64,000 bases of DNA, from IMG/VR virus record IMGVR_UViG_3300026097_000017, positions 16,074 through 80,073 of that record; one strand, written 5' to 3'. The notes beneath the pieces are model-generated. The model had not been told where the DNA came from. It did no database searches and saw only the letters and a list, made by a program, of their open reading frames with translations. Below are positions 45,427-55,055 of this stretch, piece after piece. The DNA is from a virus. Each line of letters begins with the position of its first letter. Positions within the stretch are counted from its first letter, which is position 1. Made by a program: the position numbers and the translations under genes.

Positions 45427-46469
45427 TCGAGATCTAGTGCCTCATGGTATAAGTTTATCAATAATCCTTCTAACTTTTTCTGATTAGAAGTTTGCACACC
45501 GCTGACATATTTCTTCAAAATAGTCATCGTATCTTCAGCTTCATTTACCAAATCATCATCATTGGTCTGATCAATATTCATATGGTCGTCCACCACTGCA
45601 ACATCATAAACTCCACTACGATATAACTTATCAAGGAAAATGTCAAACGCTGTGGGATCTTTTTTTGTTCGGACGATAACTTTCACAAAACACCCTTCAT
45701 ACAAATCGTATTCATGCTTTTGTGGTTTGCTGTCATCATAAATGATTTTGTAGAATAACCGATGAGGATTACGAACTTCCACCAAGTCTCCTGTATCAGT
45801 GTCAAAAATATGAAACCCACGCCAGTCATTATAGTCTGACCATGTCATTTCATAAGGAGAGCCAAGATAAGTGAGATTGTCTCGAGACGATTTGTGATGA
45901 AAATGACCAGAAAATACTCTGTCGAATTTACTGAATACATTAGTTTGTAGTCCATGATGATTTACCGATCCTCTATACATTTCAAACCCTTGCACTTCTA
46001 AATGACCAAATGCATACTTAGCATCAGTCTTGTTCAAAAGCTCAAAAGTTTCTTCTTCATTTTCAGGGCAGATCCAAGGAATCATCATCAATTTAGTATT
46101 GTCAATCGTGACTTCCTGTGGATCCATTACTAGATTAAAACCATACTCAGATTTAGAATACAGTTCACGCAAAGCATTTACATGTATCGTGTTCTTGTAA
46201 TATGAGTCATGATTTCCCACAATAAAATGCGCTTCGATACCACGTTCATGGATCGGAAGCATCATATCATCTTCTAAATTTCTGGCAGTAACATAATTGA
46301 TTTGTTTTCTTTTGTCAACTAGATCACCAAGATGAATTAAATGTTTAATATTATGCTTGTCAAGATATGGGAAAAAGAACTCATGGTAGAACTTCTTCAT
46401 ATGATTCGCAAACACAATATTATCATTGCGCACACCAAAGTGTGTATCAGTAATTAAAGCAACTTTCAC
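45423..46469 (-). CDS. 47: recombination nuclease gp47 (Mre11/SbcD-like)
   Basis: 'DTHFG', 'GD', 'GNHD', 'SGHFH'. Confidence 0.95.
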   Translation of the reverse strand: MKVALITDTHFGVRNDNIVFANHMKKFYHEFFFPYLDKHNIKHLIHLGDLVDKRKQINYVTARNLEDDMMLPIHERGIEAHFIVGNHDSYYKNTIHVNALRELYSKSEYGFNLVMDPQEVTIDNTKLMMIPWICPENEEETFELLNKTDAKYAFGHLEVQGFEMYRGSVNHHGLQTNVFSKFDRVFSGHFHHKSSRDNLTYLGSPYEMTWSDYNDWRGFHIFDTDTGDLVEVRNPHRLFYKIIYDDSKPQKHEYDLYEGCFVKVIVRTKKDPTAFDIFLDKLYRSGVYDVAVVDDHMNIDQTNDDDLVNEAEDTMTILKKYVSGVQTSNQKKLEGLLINLYHEALDLE

Positions 46470-47020
46470 TCTGCGTCATCCTCGATGAAGTTTTCTATTC
46501 CTACTTTCTTTTTCGCCTTTTTACGCTTTTCAAGATTAGACTCAAATGTTACCATAAAGTCATCCATATATTCCTGAGCATAATCATTATGAAATGGGCG
46601 ATTCATTTCTGGAGTTGCTTCTTCAGCCTGAACCATCTCCATAATTGTAATATTCTTAGTGGAACTGTATTTGACGTAGAGCTGTTTCTTTTCTTTTTGA
46701 ATCCTGCGTAAAAATGCATAATAGATTATCTGCGTGAAATACGCAAAAGGATTACTACTTTTGTCAGGATTAAAATTATTGATGTATTGAACACAGTTCT
46801 CCACACCATCAGAGATCATATCTTCTCTAAATTGATAGCTTATGAAGTTTGGCTTGGTGGATAATCTTCGAGCGATCATCAAAAAACATTCACCCACATA
46901 ATTGGGAATGATTGGTTTTTCCTTGCCTTCTTTTTCAGCCTGTTTTACTTTTTCTCGATACTCGATGAGTGAGTTGAGAAACTCTTTGTTGTTGATATAA
47001 TGAGTTGATTTTCGTGCCAC
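46466..47020 (-). CDS. 55: late sigma factor gp55
   Basis: 'HYINNKEF', 'NFNPDKSSNPFAYFTQI.YYAFLRRIQKEKKQ'. Confidence 0.95.
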   Translation of the reverse strand: MARKSTHYINNKEFLNSLIEYREKVKQAEKEGKEKPIIPNYVGECFLMIARRLSTKPNFISYQFREDMISDGVENCVQYINNFNPDKSSNPFAYFTQIIYYAFLRRIQKEKKQLYVKYSSTKNITIMEMVQAEEATPEMNRPFHNDYAQEYMDDFMVTFESNLEKRKKAKKKVGIENFIEDDAE

Positions 47021-47032
47021 TTAAAAAACCTC

Positions 47033-47061
47033 TTGACTTTTTAGTTAATAGTCGGTATAAT
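47033..47061 (+). promoter_or_regulatory. plus-strand (antisense) sigma70-type promoter
   Basis: TTGACT-N17-TATAAT on the + strand, opposite to all local genes. Confidence 0.65.
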
Positions 47062-47087
47062 TCTATATGCGGTTTTTAATAATAATA

Positions 47088-47504
47088 TTAATGCATAAAG
47101 TTATCGTTATTTCCAGAAGGTTGCCATGCTTCTAACAACTTCTTATAAGATTCCTCATTCATTTTAGGGTGTTTCATAAGTTTGGTATTGGTTGCAAGGC
47201 TTTCCTCTTTCGAACTATTATACTCCTCATTACTCAAAATGTCAAACTCTTCAACGCATTCATTGTACAGTTCTTCTAGTTCTGAACTTATTCCACTTAC
47301 TGTAATTAATTGACTATTGAATATTGGATGAAAAGACCAAGTGCTTCGGGGCAGCCATGGGGTGAGCGAAAGAATTTTCTCACCATCTTCGAAATAAGAT
47401 AAGACCTGCATGGGATCACTAACAAACATAAAACCACTTTCTTCAGTATCTACAATTTTAGCAACAATGTCTTCACCATTCGACAATTTCAAATATCTGA
47501 TCAT
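47088..47504 (-). CDS. conserved hypothetical protein between uvsW and gp55
   Basis: 'LKLSNGEDIVAK...P...PW' pattern. Confidence 0.75.
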   Translation of the reverse strand: MIRYLKLSNGEDIVAKIVDTEESGFMFVSDPMQVLSYFEDGEKILSLTPWLPRSTWSFHPIFNSQLITVSGISSELEELYNECVEEFDILSNEEYNSSKEESLATNTKLMKHPKMNEESYKKLLEAWQPSGNNDNFMH

Positions 47505-48970
47505 TGTTGTTCTCCCATCTTGATATTATATATTCTGTACACAAACTTCTCTTGATTGTATATTTTCATTCGCTCAATAAAATGATTCAGTGTATAGTTA
47601 TGGTTATCTCTATAACTCAAATCATCAACAATGTCATATAAAGTTGCAACTTCTTTATTCTCACCCAACCGCAAAGCTCGACCAATCGATTGTAAAACTC
47701 TAACTTTAGATTTAGATGGGCTAGCAAAAATTATGTTGTGTAGATTGCGTATGTTAATCCCAGTAGAAAAAGTACCAAAGGAAGCAATAATAATGCCATC
47801 CGCTTCCTTCTCTGTGAACGATCTAACTTCTTCGCGATCTGAAGAAGCGACTCCTCCGTGAATAAAGCTAACGGATCTTGATCCTGCTCGATTTTTGATG
47901 TCTTCATATAAGACTGCCCCATGACGATCTACATACTGATACAATATTAAAGTGTTTCCCTCAAGAGATAATGCTAGATTTCGTATGAATGCATTCCTCT
48001 TTTCATTGGATACTAAAAAGTCAATCTCATCATTATACTTATAATTCTGTGCGAGACGTCTCATTCCTTCTGGATATTCTAACACGAGTGCTTTGATTCT
48101 GAAATCGGCAAGTTGTTTTCTTTCCATCAGCTTACTGGTTTCAGTGACTTTATACACTGGTCCAAATAAACCTTCTAGTACAAGCTGATGTGTTTCAGTT
48201 CCATCAAGTGTTCCAGTCAAACCAACACGATATTTCGTATTTTCTAAATTGGTCATGATTTTACTCAATGACTTTGACTTATACAGGTGAGCTTCGTCAC
48301 CAATTACAGCATCAAACTGTTTAAAGTAATCTGCTGGTAATTTGTAGATAGACTGCCAAGTTGAAATTACCACTCGCTCATCAGTAATCTTTTCTGCACC
48401 TGCCATGATTTCATGTACAGTTCCTTCATATCCATAGTCTCGGAAGTCTTTCTGCATCTGTGAAACCAGTGATACAGTTGGAACTAGAATTAATACTCTA
48501 CCTTGAATAAACCGTGTTAGCAAGTAAATAATTAATGACTTACCTGATGCAGTCGGTGATAATAACAAACATCTTCTATATCTCGCAGCATGAACAAAGG
48601 CAGTTAGCTGATAATCTCTTGGCTCAAATGGTAGGTTGAGTGATTGCGCAAACTCTTTGGCTTCATATAATGAGAACTCATCAACCAAGTCCATCTTCTC
48701 ATTAATTTTTATGGTAGCATTATTCTCTTTGGCAAATTTTCTGAGATAAGGCAGTAATCCAATATACAAAGTCTTGGCTCGGATATTGAACAAGCGAATC
48801 TTACCATCCCACACCTTTCTCCGATATGCAGGCATAAATTCATGTCCTGGAACCATAAACGTGAAATAGTCACTCAAACTCTGAGCTAATGATTCTTCAC
48901 AATCCACCCGAACGAACACTTCGTTCATCTTAGTAATATTCATCACATCCCAATTATAAGTCTTTTCCAT
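47501..48970 (-). CDS. uvsW: UvsW SF2 helicase
   Basis: 'PTASGKS', 'DEAH', 'TGT', 'QSIGR.LR'; start may be ~48943. Confidence 0.95.
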   Translation of the reverse strand: MEKTYNWDVMNITKMNEVFVRVDCEESLAQSLSDYFTFMVPGHEFMPAYRRKVWDGKIRLFNIRAKTLYIGLLPYLRKFAKENNATIKINEKMDLVDEFSLYEAKEFAQSLNLPFEPRDYQLTAFVHAARYRRCLLLSPTASGKSLIIYLLTRFIQGRVLILVPTVSLVSQMQKDFRDYGYEGTVHEIMAGAEKITDERVVISTWQSIYKLPADYFKQFDAVIGDEAHLYKSKSLSKIMTNLENTKYRVGLTGTLDGTETHQLVLEGLFGPVYKVTETSKLMERKQLADFRIKALVLEYPEGMRRLAQNYKYNDEIDFLVSNEKRNAFIRNLALSLEGNTLILYQYVDRHGAVLYEDIKNRAGSRSVSFIHGGVASSDREEVRSFTEKEADGIIIASFGTFSTGINIRNLHNIIFASPSKSKVRVLQSIGRALRLGENKEVATLYDIVDDLSYRDNHNYTLNHFIERMKIYNQEKFVYRIYNIKMGEQQ

Positions 48971-49398
48971 TCGATTACATTCTTTAGCTGAAAGGATCTA
49001 TTGTTAAGTTGCTTTATTATTTCTTCCAGAAAAGAGACTTTCTCATTCTGATACTCCAGCATAGTGTGCAGTTTCAGCATAGGTTTGTCTGCGTCGATAT
49101 AATATCTGATCTGGTCTTTTAAAACACGCTTCTCTTTATTGATAGGATCAAGACGTAGAGATTCAAACTCATCGTCATCCATTGGCATTCCTGCATAAAA
49201 CTTCCAAAGTAATGCTGAACGTTCTTTCATTTTCAGCTCGAGTCTCCGAGCTTCTAAACGTTCTTCTGATAAAATTTTAAAGTATTTGGCATGCAGTTTT
49301 GGGGTATCTGCACTTGCTTGTGATACGCTGTTGATATTATCAGAAATATCTAACGCTGAATCTTTCTCCCAAAGATCTTGTATCTTGCTGAGATCCAT
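48943..49398 (-). CDS. uvsY: UvsY recombination mediator
   Basis: 'W.KDS', 'PKLHAKY', 'RSFQLKNVIEW'; synteny. Confidence 0.88.
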   Translation of the reverse strand: MDLSKIQDLWEKDSALDISDNINSVSQASADTPKLHAKYFKILSEERLEARRLELKMKERSALLWKFYAGMPMDDDEFESLRLDPINKEKRVLKDQIRYYIDADKPMLKLHTMLEYQNEKVSFLEEIIKQLNNRSFQLKNVIEWKRLIIGM

Positions 49399-49418
49399 AA
49401 TAACTCCACTGTATCATA

Positions 49419-49943
49419 TTATCTAATTTCGTATGTTCTATATCTAAAGGTGACATCACTGGTCAAAAACTCAATATCACTTGAAGAATAATCAAAGTCT
49501 AAACTTGATAGAGCGACTGGGAACATGTCAAAAAACACAACCTGTATATTTGCGTTTTTAGCATTAGTCAGAATATTTAATGTGGCATCACTGTACAGCT
49601 CACCACTATCAGGATTCAACTTACTAGATTTGTTGCGTTCCCTTCTGTACTTTTCAAAGTCAGTATCACGTCCGATTGAAGTGATCCAGTTATACAGCTC
49701 TTTCCAGTTGTTCAAGTCTTCGTCAACTATAAACCTCAACGTAAACTCCTCATAAGTAATGTCATCTCCTGGGAAGAAGTTTGACGCAAAAGGAGTTGGT
49801 TGAATCGCTTGCCCTAATATCAATCCAGGAAGATTCGCAGCTTGCACAAAAAATTCTGTGTTTGGAATCTTCTTGAGCTGGAACTGAAACCCAGTCGGCG
49901 AAAGATAGTTTTTATTGGAAGGAGCTCTGCTTAGTGCTGACAT
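49419..49943 (-). CDS. 3: tail tube terminator / tail completion protein (gp3)
   Basis: 'NYLSPTGF.F', 'F.VDEDL.NW', 'SDATL.IL', 'FP..LS'; follows gp23. Confidence 0.85.
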   Translation of the reverse strand: MSALSRAPSNKNYLSPTGFQFQLKKIPNTEFFVQAANLPGLILGQAIQPTPFASNFFPGDDITYEEFTLRFIVDEDLNNWKELYNWITSIGRDTDFEKYRRERNKSSKLNPDSGELYSDATLNILTNAKNANIQVVFFDMFPVALSSLDFDYSSSDIEFLTSDVTFRYRTYEIR

Positions 49944-49967
49944 ATCATTTCCTAAACTCTACTTCTA

Positions 49968-49974
49968 TATTTAG
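49968..49974 (-). promoter_or_regulatory. T4-type late promoter for gp3
   Basis: CTAAATA directly after the gp23 terminator. Confidence 0.65.
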
Positions 49975-49978
49975 TCGT

Positions 49979-50004
49979 AAAAAAAGGGGAGCCGAAGCTC
50001 CCCC
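49979..50004 (-). terminator. intrinsic terminator after the major capsid gene
   Basis: GGGGAGC-TTCG-GCTCCCC-TTTTTTT. Confidence 0.92.
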
Positions 50005-50047
50005 AAAATAACTACTATTGTAGTCTTTTTTATTATTTTAAACTTTA

Positions 50048-51427
50048 TTACATCAAGTTAGAAACAGCTACAAATCTGTAGTAGATGTTCTTGTTAGCGA
50101 ATGCAATAGTTCCATCTGCAGCAGATGTAGCGAATGGGTTCGCGACCATGCCGTAGCGAGTCTTGAAACCAATCTTAGGCTGGAAGGTATCTTCACCAAC
50201 CGCACGAACCATCTGGAGTGGTACGTATGGGCAGTAGAACAAGCCAGCGTCGAACGCTGAAGAACCTTTGTAGCCGATGGTAACATACTGGTTACCAGCT
50301 GATGATGAGAAGTATGGGTCGATATAGACACGAATACGTCCGTTCAATACACCAGCAAACGTGTTACCAGTGTCATCTACCTGAAGGTTGTTGCTATCGA
50401 GAGCAGGAGTGTAGTCAAGTACACCAGCCATCTGAAGAGCAGAAGCTACATCAGAAGAACAGATCATGACGTTACCCTTACCACGACGAGTTGCCTTAGC
50501 AATTTCGTTCGCATCACGCTCAATTTGGAACATCAGACCTTTGAACTTCTCTACAGACCAACGTCCGTTAGAGTCAACATCAAGGTTGAATGTACCAGCA
50601 GATGCTACGTTGTTCTGAGCACCAGCAGTAGCAGTATAGTTGATAGTACGAACTACTTCGCGGTTGATTTCAGAAAGGATCTCAGCTGACAAGATGTTTG
50701 CCAACTCAGACTCAGCGTCAAGACCGTGAACAGCCTTGAGATCCTGAGCGAGTTCCATTGTGTACTCAGCCTTCAACGCACGAGAAACTGCTGTTACAGC
50801 AACCTTCTCGATTGAGAACGCCATTTCACGGAACTGCTCACCAGTCGCTCCACCCAATGCTTCCGCTTGAGCAGTAGTCATACCAGTTGCAACAGTGTAG
50901 CCGTTAGCAGATGCACGTGAAGTAGGATCAGAACCAGTCTGACCAACAACAGTACCAGCGTTAGACTCGTCGATGTTATTAGTTGACGCAGTGTTCGCAG
51001 CATAAGACTTCGAGAATGAAGTATCTGCTTCGTTGAACAGTGCCTCATCACCAGTCTGGCTGTTAAAGCGTGAACGCATCGCAAAGATAAGTCCTGTAGG
51101 ACCAGTCATTGGCTGAACACCAGCGATATCATATGCGATCAGATTAGGCATAGAACGACGGACCAGTGAAATAAGTACTGGATCGTATGTGTCGATAGCA
51201 CCATCTGATGCAGTAGATGACGATGCACCCATTGCGTTAGTTGGTGCAGCCTCTAAAAGTGAAGTTTGCTGTGCAAACCCACCAGAACGCCCCTCGCGAA
51301 GAGATGCTTCTTGGTTTTCTAATAGTTGAGCAGTAACAGCACGACGATGAGCATCGTTAATACCAGGAGCTTCTGGATGTTCAAGGACGGGCTGCCATTT
51401 ATTAATAAGTTGATCAACAGTATTCAT
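50048..51427 (-). CDS. 23: major capsid protein (gp23)
   Basis: 'GVQPMTGPTGLIFAMR', 'ELAQDLKAVHGLDAE', 'FQPKIGFKTRYG'. Confidence 0.98.
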   Translation of the reverse strand: MNTVDQLINKWQPVLEHPEAPGINDAHRRAVTAQLLENQEASLREGRSGGFAQQTSLLEAAPTNAMGASSSTASDGAIDTYDPVLISLVRRSMPNLIAYDIAGVQPMTGPTGLIFAMRSRFNSQTGDEALFNEADTSFSKSYAANTASTNNIDESNAGTVVGQTGSDPTSRASANGYTVATGMTTAQAEALGGATGEQFREMAFSIEKVAVTAVSRALKAEYTMELAQDLKAVHGLDAESELANILSAEILSEINREVVRTINYTATAGAQNNVASAGTFNLDVDSNGRWSVEKFKGLMFQIERDANEIAKATRRGKGNVMICSSDVASALQMAGVLDYTPALDSNNLQVDDTGNTFAGVLNGRIRVYIDPYFSSSAGNQYVTIGYKGSSAFDAGLFYCPYVPLQMVRAVGEDTFQPKIGFKTRYGMVANPFATSAADGTIAFANKNIYYRFVAVSNLM

Positions 51428-51446
51428 TGATTTTTCCCCTTTACCT

Positions 51447-51453
51447 TATTTAT
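51447..51453 (-). promoter_or_regulatory. T4-type late promoter for gp23
   Basis: ATAAATA upstream of the RBS. Confidence 0.6.
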
Positions 51454-52541
51454 TTTTTTGTTTTCAATTGAGACAAGTGAGTCATGTATCTTGCCATAGT
51501 GTCAGACATGCCGTTGGTATCAATCCCATCGGTTGATTCATCGATTTGCTCATCGTCACTGACAGTTGCTTCGGTTGGGAAATAGTTTTCCTTAACCATA
51601 GCGACTTTCTCACGGAATTGGTCATCATCTTCATACTCAATCCCTTCTGCCAAAGACTTCAGCTTCTCTACTTGAGTATCAGCTAATTCCTCTGACAATT
51701 CGTCGATGACAGCTGTTCTTTTCATTTCAGACAATTCCTTCTGAATTGAAATAGAATAATTAACAGCTTCATCCAAAGACTCTTCAAGTTCGTCTACTTT
51801 GTTAGCCAGATCTTCGACTACGTCGACTTTCTCTTCTGGCACATCAACGTAGTGCTCAACGAACAAAGACTTGAGACCTTGCAGGAATTCTTCTGCAATC
51901 TCAGCTCTCATACCACGCTCAATAGCGAGTTCGTTTTGCTCCATGAATTGCTCGACAACATATTCGAGATATTCATTTAACTTACCTGAAATTTCTTCTT
52001 TAATTGATTCGAGTTGTTCTTCAACAGCGTTATCAATATCTTCAGAAACAGTTGTAATATGCTCATTAACCTGAGCAACTACTGCTGCTTGGAAAAGTTC
52101 AGACGCTGTATTTTTAAATTCTTCTGAAAGAGATTCATCAGAACTAAAGATAGCTTCGATATCTGCAGAAATGTCAAGATCTTCTTTAGTCATCTTCTTA
52201 CCTTTGTAAGATGATTTGACCATTTTCTTCTTGGACTTCATTTCTTCCATATCGTCGTCATCGTCATCGTCATCGTCATTATCTTCGCCATCCATCGCTT
52301 TGAGCATTTTTTCGTAAACTGACTCAAGTTCAGCTTTCTTCATTTCGCCCATTTTTGACATCATAGCGTTGATCATACCCATCTTAGTTGATGGTGCTTT
52401 AGTATCAGATGAACCTTGCTTGACTGCTGTAGTCTCGCCACCCGTTTTATCGGCTGAACGCTTCGCAGCTTCGTCAAGTTCCAAGTCTTGATCTACTGTC
52501 TCATCGATCTCGACTTCGGTATCGTATTTCTGGTCAACCAT
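51450..52541 (-). CDS. 22: prohead core scaffold (gp22)
   Basis: Acidic coiled coil, 'LSEEFK.....F.AAV', 'YVDVPEEK', 'KENYF'. Confidence 0.92.
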   Translation of the reverse strand: MVDQKYDTEVEIDETVDQDLELDEAAKRSADKTGGETTAVKQGSSDTKAPSTKMGMINAMMSKMGEMKKAELESVYEKMLKAMDGEDNDDDDDDDDDMEEMKSKKKMVKSSYKGKKMTKEDLDISADIEAIFSSDESLSEEFKNTASELFQAAVVAQVNEHITTVSEDIDNAVEEQLESIKEEISGKLNEYLEYVVEQFMEQNELAIERGMRAEIAEEFLQGLKSLFVEHYVDVPEEKVDVVEDLANKVDELEESLDEAVNYSISIQKELSEMKRTAVIDELSEELADTQVEKLKSLAEGIEYEDDDQFREKVAMVKENYFPTEATVSDDEQIDESTDGIDTNGMSDTMARYMTHLSQLKTKK

Positions 52542-52565
52542 TGGTATTCCCCCTAGTGATTAATT

Positions 52566-52573
52566 TATTTATA
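52566..52573 (-). promoter_or_regulatory. T4 late promoter
   Basis: Exact TATAAATA. Confidence 0.8.
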
Positions 52574-53228
52574 ATTTTCTCAAATTTTCCATAAATCTAC
52601 GGAAAACACGCAACTTCACCTCGTCGAGATTCCGAGTTGTTGCTTCCTTTACTTCATCATGTAATTCGGAAATATCAACCTCTTTTATGAGACCGTTTTC
52701 CCAAATCCATTCCTTTCCTTCCATGATACCCTCTACGAAAGCATCTGGTGCTGAAGGATCGGCTACAATGTCAGCTGCAGTAGCAAGATAAAAATCACCT
52801 TGTACTTCGGCTGCACCACCTTTTGACTGTTTTAGTGTTCCCATACCTCTAGATGAAACACCAAGACCTGCACCTTCGTCAATGAAGTTTTTAACGATAT
52901 TCCCCATGGGAGTATCCATAATCTTAGCAGAACCGATAAAGTTATTTCCATCCTGCTTTAATTCTTTAATCATATGCGAAACTCTGTCTAAGTTTACAGT
53001 TGGACCTTGTGGGTGTCCAAGTTCGCCATATGCTCTGTTCTTAGCAATATATTCTTTATTGTATCTTTCGACTTCTTTCGCCAATACTTCTACAGGATAG
53101 ACTCGACCATTACGATTCTTGATTTCGCCTTGCATAAAGACACCGCGAATCATATAATCTTTCTTTCCGCTGTCGTCAGCTTCAGTCAGATACTGAACAT
53201 CTTCATTTAATTCTGTTATTAGTTTCAT
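52569..53228 (-). CDS. 21: prohead protease (gp21)
   Basis: 'MKLITE', 'NRNGRVY', 'GELGHP', 'GVSSRG', 'DIVADPSAP'. Confidence 0.96.
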   Translation of the reverse strand: MKLITELNEDVQYLTEADDSGKKDYMIRGVFMQGEIKNRNGRVYPVEVLAKEVERYNKEYIAKNRAYGELGHPQGPTVNLDRVSHMIKELKQDGNNFIGSAKIMDTPMGNIVKNFIDEGAGLGVSSRGMGTLKQSKGGAAEVQGDFYLATAADIVADPSAPDAFVEGIMEGKEWIWENGLIKEVDISELHDEVKEATTRNLDEVKLRVFRRFMENLRKL

Positions 53229-53229
53229 G

Positions 53230-53502
53230 TTACAGTCCTAACGTTTTTCTTTTTCTTAATGTCTTAGATCTCTTACGCAAAGTCTGAGACATTTTTCCCT
53301 TTCTCTTCTTAGCAGCCTTACGTTGAGCCATCTTTCTAGCTCTACGCTCAGCGGCAGACATTTTAACAAGTTTTCCGCCACGAACAGTGTAACCTGCTTT
53401 ACCCGCAACTTTTTTTCTTCTTTGAACTTGTCCGCCACGAACTCTATTCACTTTTTTAAAAGTGACTTCGTCCATATTGGCAAATTCAAAAAATGTCAGC
53501 AT
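53230..53502 (-). CDS. basic prohead core protein (gp68-like)
   Basis: Very Lys/Arg-rich, directly upstream of gp21; N-terminus MLTFFEFANMDE. Confidence 0.7.
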   Translation of the reverse strand: MLTFFEFANMDEVTFKKVNRVRGGQVQRRKKVAGKAGYTVRGGKLVKMSAAERRARKMAQRKAAKKRKGKMSQTLRKRSKTLRKRKTLGL

Positions 53503-53762
53503 TACGCTCTAAATCCGATTCTAACAGCTTTAACTTCTACATTTGATGAAAGATTATCTGTGTAATCCTTTTCTACAAACTCAATACCTTTAGAAGCCAT
53601 CGTGAAAGTGCCGATAGTATTAGATCCATCGTTGCTAGTATGAGTAATCAAAGCTGGTGTATCTTGATCGTTGTAAACACGAACCAACTTTGCATCAAAA
53701 ACTGTATTAGCAGTAGTCAATGCTATTTCGTTATCACCTTGAAGTTTAATGATACTGGGCAT
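53502..53762 (-). CDS. small virion-associated hypothetical protein
   Basis: 86 aa, beta-rich, in the head operon. Confidence 0.65.
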   Translation of the reverse strand: MPSIIKLQGDNEIALTTANTVFDAKLVRVYNDQDTPALITHTSNDGSNTIGTFTMASKGIEFVEKDYTDNLSSNVEVKAVRIGFRA

Positions 53763-54187
53763 TATCTTCTCGCCTGTTTAAATGCAAAGTCAACCATTTT
53801 CATGAAGGAAGAAACATCTTTGTTTAGCATTCTTTCCAACTTTTTTTGGTTTGACGGATTTACCGCATCATAAACTTTTGTGATAGCACTGGCTGTCATC
53901 AAGTCTACTGGCGTTTCATCTCCATCGTCAAACTTAATAGACTTTGTGCCTTTACGCTTGACGATATCTCTTAAATCTTTGAGGACATTCTTTTCAGCCA
54001 TCGTATTTGTTTCTTTGTCAGAAATACGTTTGGCTTGCCCTTTATCTGACTTGAACTGACCATCCGTAGCAACAGGGTAATCAGTAGCCTGCGTTCCGTG
54101 AACTGCAAAGAATGCTTTATCTTGCTCAGATCGAGGATTAATTACCTCATTCATTCTTTTTCTAAGTTCTTTGAATGGACGTGCCAT
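53762..54187 (-). CDS. head-operon protein, probably prohead core or internal
   Basis: MARPFKELRKRMNE start; C-terminal domain paralogous to the end of 21508-24966. Confidence 0.7.
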   Translation of the reverse strand: MARPFKELRKRMNEVINPRSEQDKAFFAVHGTQATDYPVATDGQFKSDKGQAKRISDKETNTMAEKNVLKDLRDIVKRKGTKSIKFDDGDETPVDLMTASAITKVYDAVNPSNQKKLERMLNKDVSSFMKMVDFAFKQARR

Positions 54188-54213
54188 TGTTCTCTCCTAT
54201 AATCCTTACAATA

Positions 54214-54221
54214 TATTTATA
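54214..54221 (-). promoter_or_regulatory. T4 late promoter
   Basis: Exact TATAAATA then AGGAG RBS. Confidence 0.8.
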
Positions 54222-54223
54222 AA

Positions 54224-55012
54224 TTATGCAAAATAAGGTATTTTGTAGTCTGTTCCATCAATTGTCACTGTCAAATATCCATCTGGATTAGCAACTACTC
54301 TATCGTTGTTAGTTAAATTTTTCAAGATTGAGGTGACTGGAGTATTGTCCCCTGTAGTTGTTAATTGACTAAATGAATTAGCAACTGTCAAGTAATTAGC
54401 AACTGTAGTATTCACATAGCTGTTGGCAGCGGCATAAGATAAATCCGCTTTCAGTGATAATTGATCATTGACATAAGTATTAGCAGCGAATGTTGCATTT
54501 ACATAAGTATTTGCTGCTTTCCCTGCATCTAATGTATTTACACTACTATTAATTGTAGTGACAAAATTAGCATCATCGCCTATCGCTGCAGCAAGTTCAT
54601 CTAATGTGTTTAATAGGTCTGGTGCACCATCAACTAATGTACTGAGCTGATTACTCACATATGATTGCATGAACGCATTACTTACTGCATCATCAATTAA
54701 TCCTGTAAGTCTTAATGTGACATTAGTAGAGTCAGGTCTGCTGAATACAATTGTATCGTTTGCGTCATACCATTCTACTGAAGAAATACCAATAGACTCA
54801 GCATTAGCTACAGTAATATAATTTTGTAATTGTGTATTAGAAGCGAGGTTTTCTATTTCGCTATATTTTGCTAATCTTGCTCCACCAACTGCTGTTCCAT
54901 CGTGTACAGCTAATGTGTTGATGTCTGTGATGACAGTGATCTCACCATTGGCGCCAGTGAAATTATTATGCTGGGCGAGCGTTCCTCTGCGTAATTGTAG
55001 AATCGTTGCCAT
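54224..55012 (-). CDS. fibre-like structural protein (Mtd-N-like N-terminus)
   Basis: 'LQLRRGT......F.GA.GE......TL.VHDG...GG' and 'LVDGAPDLLNTLDELAAAIGDDANF'. Confidence 0.75.
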   Translation of the reverse strand: MATILQLRRGTLAQHNNFTGANGEITVITDINTLAVHDGTAVGGARLAKYSEIENLASNTQLQNYITVANAESIGISSVEWYDANDTIVFSRPDSTNVTLRLTGLIDDAVSNAFMQSYVSNQLSTLVDGAPDLLNTLDELAAAIGDDANFVTTINSSVNTLDAGKAANTYVNATFAANTYVNDQLSLKADLSYAAANSYVNTTVANYLTVANSFSQLTTTGDNTPVTSILKNLTNNDRVVANPDGYLTVTIDGTDYKIPYFA

Positions 55013-55055
55013 TAGTGATCTATGTCTCTATAATCTGTCATACATTGTATTTATT

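Noticed and set aside
52250-52285. (GAT/GAC)n microsatellite-like run
   Set aside because: Encodes a poly-Asp linker in scaffold gp22; ordinary low complexity
54224-55012. Diversity-generating retroelement suggested by the Mtd-N-like domain
   Set aside because: No reverse transcriptase, TR/VR repeat pair or C-type-lectin variable domain visible
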